A DNA stretch of 64,000 nt from the IMG/VR virus record IMGVR_UViG_3300008255_000098, one strand, 5' to 3'. A program made the translations under genes and the position numbers. The DNA is from a virus (lineage: Duplodnaviria; Caudoviricetes). Shown piece by piece: positions 60,730 to 64,000 of this stretch. Position 1 is the first letter of the stretch; each line of letters opens with the position of its first letter. The notes under the pieces are model-generated. The model saw only the letters and a list, made by a program, of their open reading frames with translations, ran no database searches and was not told the origin of the DNA.

Positions 60730-61410
60730 ATGAACAACAACCCTCTTAAAGATATCATTAAACAAGAAGTATCGTGCGTAACAAAAGAATTTCTGACTGA
60801 AAGTTTCCGTGGGTTTCGTTTAACTGATTTTAAAAAACTTGATTCAAAAAAGAAAATGGCTGAATATGCTGAAAAATATTTGCCATTTCTTAACTCTGGC
60901 TCATCACGCTTAGTATTTGGACTCGGGTCAGGGAAAGTACTTAAAATCGCAATAGATGATTTTGAAGATAGTTTTGGGGTTCAACAAAATATAACTGAAG
61001 TAGAGCTTTTTACAAAAAATAAAGCAATCGGAAATTATATAACAAAAATTTATAGTTTTGATAATGAGAATTATTATTGGATAATCACCGAGGCAGTCAA
61101 AATTTTTGAAGACAATAAAGATATCTTGTCAAAGTTTACCATCCCAGAAGATTTTTTAGCATATTTCACTGATGCGTGTTATGAAAATTCTTCAACCAGA
61201 GCAGCACTGGAATCCCTAATACAATCAAAAAAAACAGACAAAGACTTGCGTGCCCTTTTTAAAGGCATAAAGCTGAATGACCTAGATAAAAAGTTACTAA
61301 GAGCGACCTTTATTGTAATAAAACATGGCATTGTTGATGTCGAGAGTTATGGGCAATGGGGAATGACAATAGATGGACGAATAGTTTTAGCGGATTACGG
61401 GCTAGAATAA
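60730..61410 (+). CDS. Protein-kinase-like fold protein
   Basis: NSGSSRLVF..VLKIA..QNITE, H..D...QWG..GRIVLADYG. Confidence 0.6.
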   Translation: MNNNPLKDIIKQEVSCVTKEFLTESFRGFRLTDFKKLDSKKKMAEYAEKYLPFLNSGSSRLVFGLGSGKVLKIAIDDFEDSFGVQQNITEVELFTKNKAIGNYITKIYSFDNENYYWIITEAVKIFEDNKDILSKFTIPEDFLAYFTDACYENSSTRAALESLIQSKKTDKDLRALFKGIKLNDLDKKLLRATFIVIKHGIVDVESYGQWGMTIDGRIVLADYGLE

Positions 61411-61472
61411 GTTTAAACTGTTGGAGAAATGTGTTATTCAATAAACGAACCTAAAACTAGAGCGGATTTATT

Positions 61473-62090
61473 ATGAAGCAATATCCAACAATTCCTGCCA
61501 AAAATAAAACGGGTGCTACCCATTTTTGGGTATTTAACAAGCTTGATGGTTCAAATATTAGGGCTGAGTGGTCAAAAAACCGAGGGTTCTACAAATTCGG
61601 CTCCAGAAAACGGCTACTTGGCACAGACCAAGGTTTAATTTCCAAGGCTTCCATGCTTGCGACAATACAAGAAGAGAAGTTTCGTGAAGTATTTAAGATA
61701 GCTAAGATCGACCGAGCAATTTGTTTTTTTGAATTTTTGGGTCCGAATTCCTTTGCGGGAAATCATGTTGATACAGATGAACATAGTTTAGTTTTATTTG
61801 ATGTTGATGTGTATAAACATGGACTATTAAATCCAGGCGAGTTTCTCAAAATTTTTGGTGAAAGTAATATTGAAATTCCAAAATTGTTACATTATGGAAT
61901 AATCGACCAGAACATCGAGTCTCTCATCCATTCAGGAAGTCTTCCAGGGATGGGCTTTGAAGGCGTTGTATGCAAGGCCCGCCGCCCGAAAACATTTTCT
62001 GAGCCTATCATGTATAAGATTAAAAACCAAGCGTGGATTGACAAAGTGAAGGCCAATTTTGACAAATCAAAATGGGAAGAGTTGTTGTAA
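61473..62090 (+). CDS. ATP-dependent RNA ligase-like nucleotidyltransferase
   Basis: FNKLDGSN (KxDG), FEF, LFDV, FEGVVCK, YKIK. Confidence 0.75.
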   Translation: MKQYPTIPAKNKTGATHFWVFNKLDGSNIRAEWSKNRGFYKFGSRKRLLGTDQGLISKASMLATIQEEKFREVFKIAKIDRAICFFEFLGPNSFAGNHVDTDEHSLVLFDVDVYKHGLLNPGEFLKIFGESNIEIPKLLHYGIIDQNIESLIHSGSLPGMGFEGVVCKARRPKTFSEPIMYKIKNQAWIDKVKANFDKSKWEELL

Positions 62091-64000
62091 AAAAGAAAGA
62101 CATTACCAATTTAATAATGGGACTTTCCAAGACTTTGTAGATATAACTTTTTTTTGGGAAACAAAACAAGTATTCGCTGTCCAGTAGATGGATTCAAAGT
62201 TCTATCAAATAATAATGTTTTTATTATCTACTCTAAGCATAAGGGCACAATCACCAAAAGGTGTAGAACCTCTACAAAAGTTAGCTCAATTATTAGATGA
62301 AACATTTAAACCTTTATAAGCCAAGTGAAAAATAACAATATATATAATTTTACAGGTGATAAACGCTTTGAAACAAAAGACGAAATTATTCCTGTTTTTG
62401 ACTCAGCAGAGGAAAGGCACATTGGTCGTTATGGTAAAACTCCTTTAGAGGTGTTTGTTGTAAAAGAAGGCATGTCCTGGCTAAAAGAATGGTTTCCTGA
62501 CTTTGCAATTAATAATGGGTTCAACTATTTTTATGTCAAAAACCCCGGCAAACAAAAAAATGACCAAATTCGTATTCTTTTTTATACTGAGTTTTCAATA
62601 GCAGAACTAAAATTTTGTTTTCCATACCCAATAAAGACTTATAGTGGCCCTGAGGAAATTACAATTTTAATTACTGTTGACTTTTGGTTCAAACAATTCT
62701 TACATAATTCAATTGACTATAAAATAAACATGCCAAAAGATTTTGATTCTGCTAAAGGGAAAGAGGTTATTGAGCATTTGCGTGTAGTTTTAGATAATGC
62801 ACTTCAGATTTAGATAACAGTAGGTGGACATAGTAATGATAACTAATAATACCTATACGTGGATTAAAACAATCCCAAAAACTAAGGCTGAAATTGTTGA
62901 AGCTATTCAAAATACTATTGAAAATAAAGAAATTTCAATTTGGCTTCTGTCTTGGTTACCAGATTTTCTAATTGAAAATAGATTTGATTTTTCTGCAATA
63001 CATTTTGTGCCTAGTAACGGCTTTAGTGAAATTTTTATATATTTTGATACAGAAACCACAGAGTTGTCTGTTGATATATTTATTAGTCACAGAAATGACT
63101 TTTTAGTCAACTGTAATGGTTTTGTTTTTTTTGATGGGGCCATCGAAAATTGGTTTTTAGAGTTTATCCGAATTTTCCACCCCTTTAATCCTAAAACAGA
63201 TGTAGAAGAGTTGGCTGCAATAATGGCTGAAATACTTCGAGACTTATAACAGAAAACCGTGTCGAAGGTAACAAGTTGAAATCTAATCTGTTTGTGTTAT
63301 ACAAAACGAAAGTAGAAATTTCATCTCTCTAATAGAGAAATTAGAGATTTCCACTTAGTATAATTAAAGAGGCAATATGAAAAGAAACAAAGTGTACCCA
63401 GTGGTTGTGAAAGAGTGGACAGAGAGCGAGCGAGGCTGGGGCACCCGCCCAGATGGTTATTCGGTGCATCTAACAAATGCTGATAGTGAAAAATTTCTTG
63501 CTGAATATGACGAAAGAGAAAAGAAGCGCAATCCTTCCAGCGGTGTTCCAGAGTGCTGTTCCTTCCCAGAGGTTGGGAGTATAGTTAAAGATGTTGGAGA
63601 AGAGGTATATCAAAAACTTTTGGATTGTCGTAAATCTAATTCATATGGTTATTGGATTTCTTCACTTAGGGAACTTAATACCCCGAAGGAAAATAAAGAA
63701 CAAGAAAAAGCAGAACAACTTGCTGCTGCTGCAAAAGCAAAAGCGATTCAAGATCGAGAGACTCTGCGGGAAAATGCACTTAATAAACTTACAAATGAAG
63801 AAAAAGAAGTGCTTGGGTTGAATAAAAATCCAAAAACAAGTAAGAATCCTAATTTTCAGTGGCACTGAATATAAAACATTTAGGAATGTTTCTATACTTA
63901 TAGATATGAAAAATATTGAATCAGATATTTTAGCAGAAATAACTTCTTCAGTAGAAATGGTAAATGGAGTTATCAAAATTCCAGACATCAGTTATGCTGA

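Noticed and set aside
1-64000. Genome-wide alternative genetic code suggested by the TTA-anticodon tRNA
   Set aside because: Long conserved genes (asnB, lysS, NAMPT, map) are intact under code 11 and end at the expected positions with TAA, TAG or TGA.
1-64000. CRISPR array or cas genes
   Set aside because: No regularly spaced 25-40-nt direct repeats were seen; the repeated omega-like modules are kilobases apart, and no Cas-like ORF was recognised.
1-64000. Full-length TnpB/TnpA, SmpB or rRNA genes
   Set aside because: No ORF with RuvC/zinc-ribbon TnpB, HUH transposase or SmpB motifs was recognised, and no rRNA signatures; partners may lie outside the window.

Overview
This is an AT-rich, densely coding 64 kb window with almost all genes on the + strand. 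It most likely comes from a very large (jumbo/huge) bacteriophage: there is no rRNA, most ORFs are short hypotheticals, and a lytic transglycosylase with a holin-like gene sits at the left edge. It holds about 44 tRNA genes in two clusters (4.2-14.9 kb and 55.6-58.1 kb), a tmRNA and a lone TTA-anticodon (ochre suppressor-type) tRNA. Translation and proteostasis genes include AsnRS with AsnB, LysRS, IF-1, MetAP, a Pth-like protein, a SpoU methylase, ClpP, GroES and two RNA ligases. NAD/ADP-ribose genes include NAMPT, a CinA-like/NMNAT-like pair, NAD kinase, NADAR, a macro domain and three Nudix hydrolases. There are also two DNA/nucleic-acid methyltransferases and a sigma70-like factor whose region-4 HTH appears to be in a separate ORF. 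The most striking signal is a set of five orphan IS200/IS605 (TnpB omega-RNA-like) right-end modules with no tnpB gene in the window. One has a 3' 'guide' matching a variant tmRNA sequence (27/31 nt) and lies just upstream of the phage's own tmRNA. Another is fused exactly to nucleotide 1 of tRNA-Trp. Other notable items are a tRNA-Pro split by an HNH cassette, several non-canonical tRNAs, many unannotated structured intergenic RNAs (including a 6S-like RNA and an internally duplicated ~320-nt RNA), a G-quadruplex-like coding repeat and an expanded family of small paralogous proteins. All calls were made by eye from the sequence and the ORF track; no database searches or folding programs were run.
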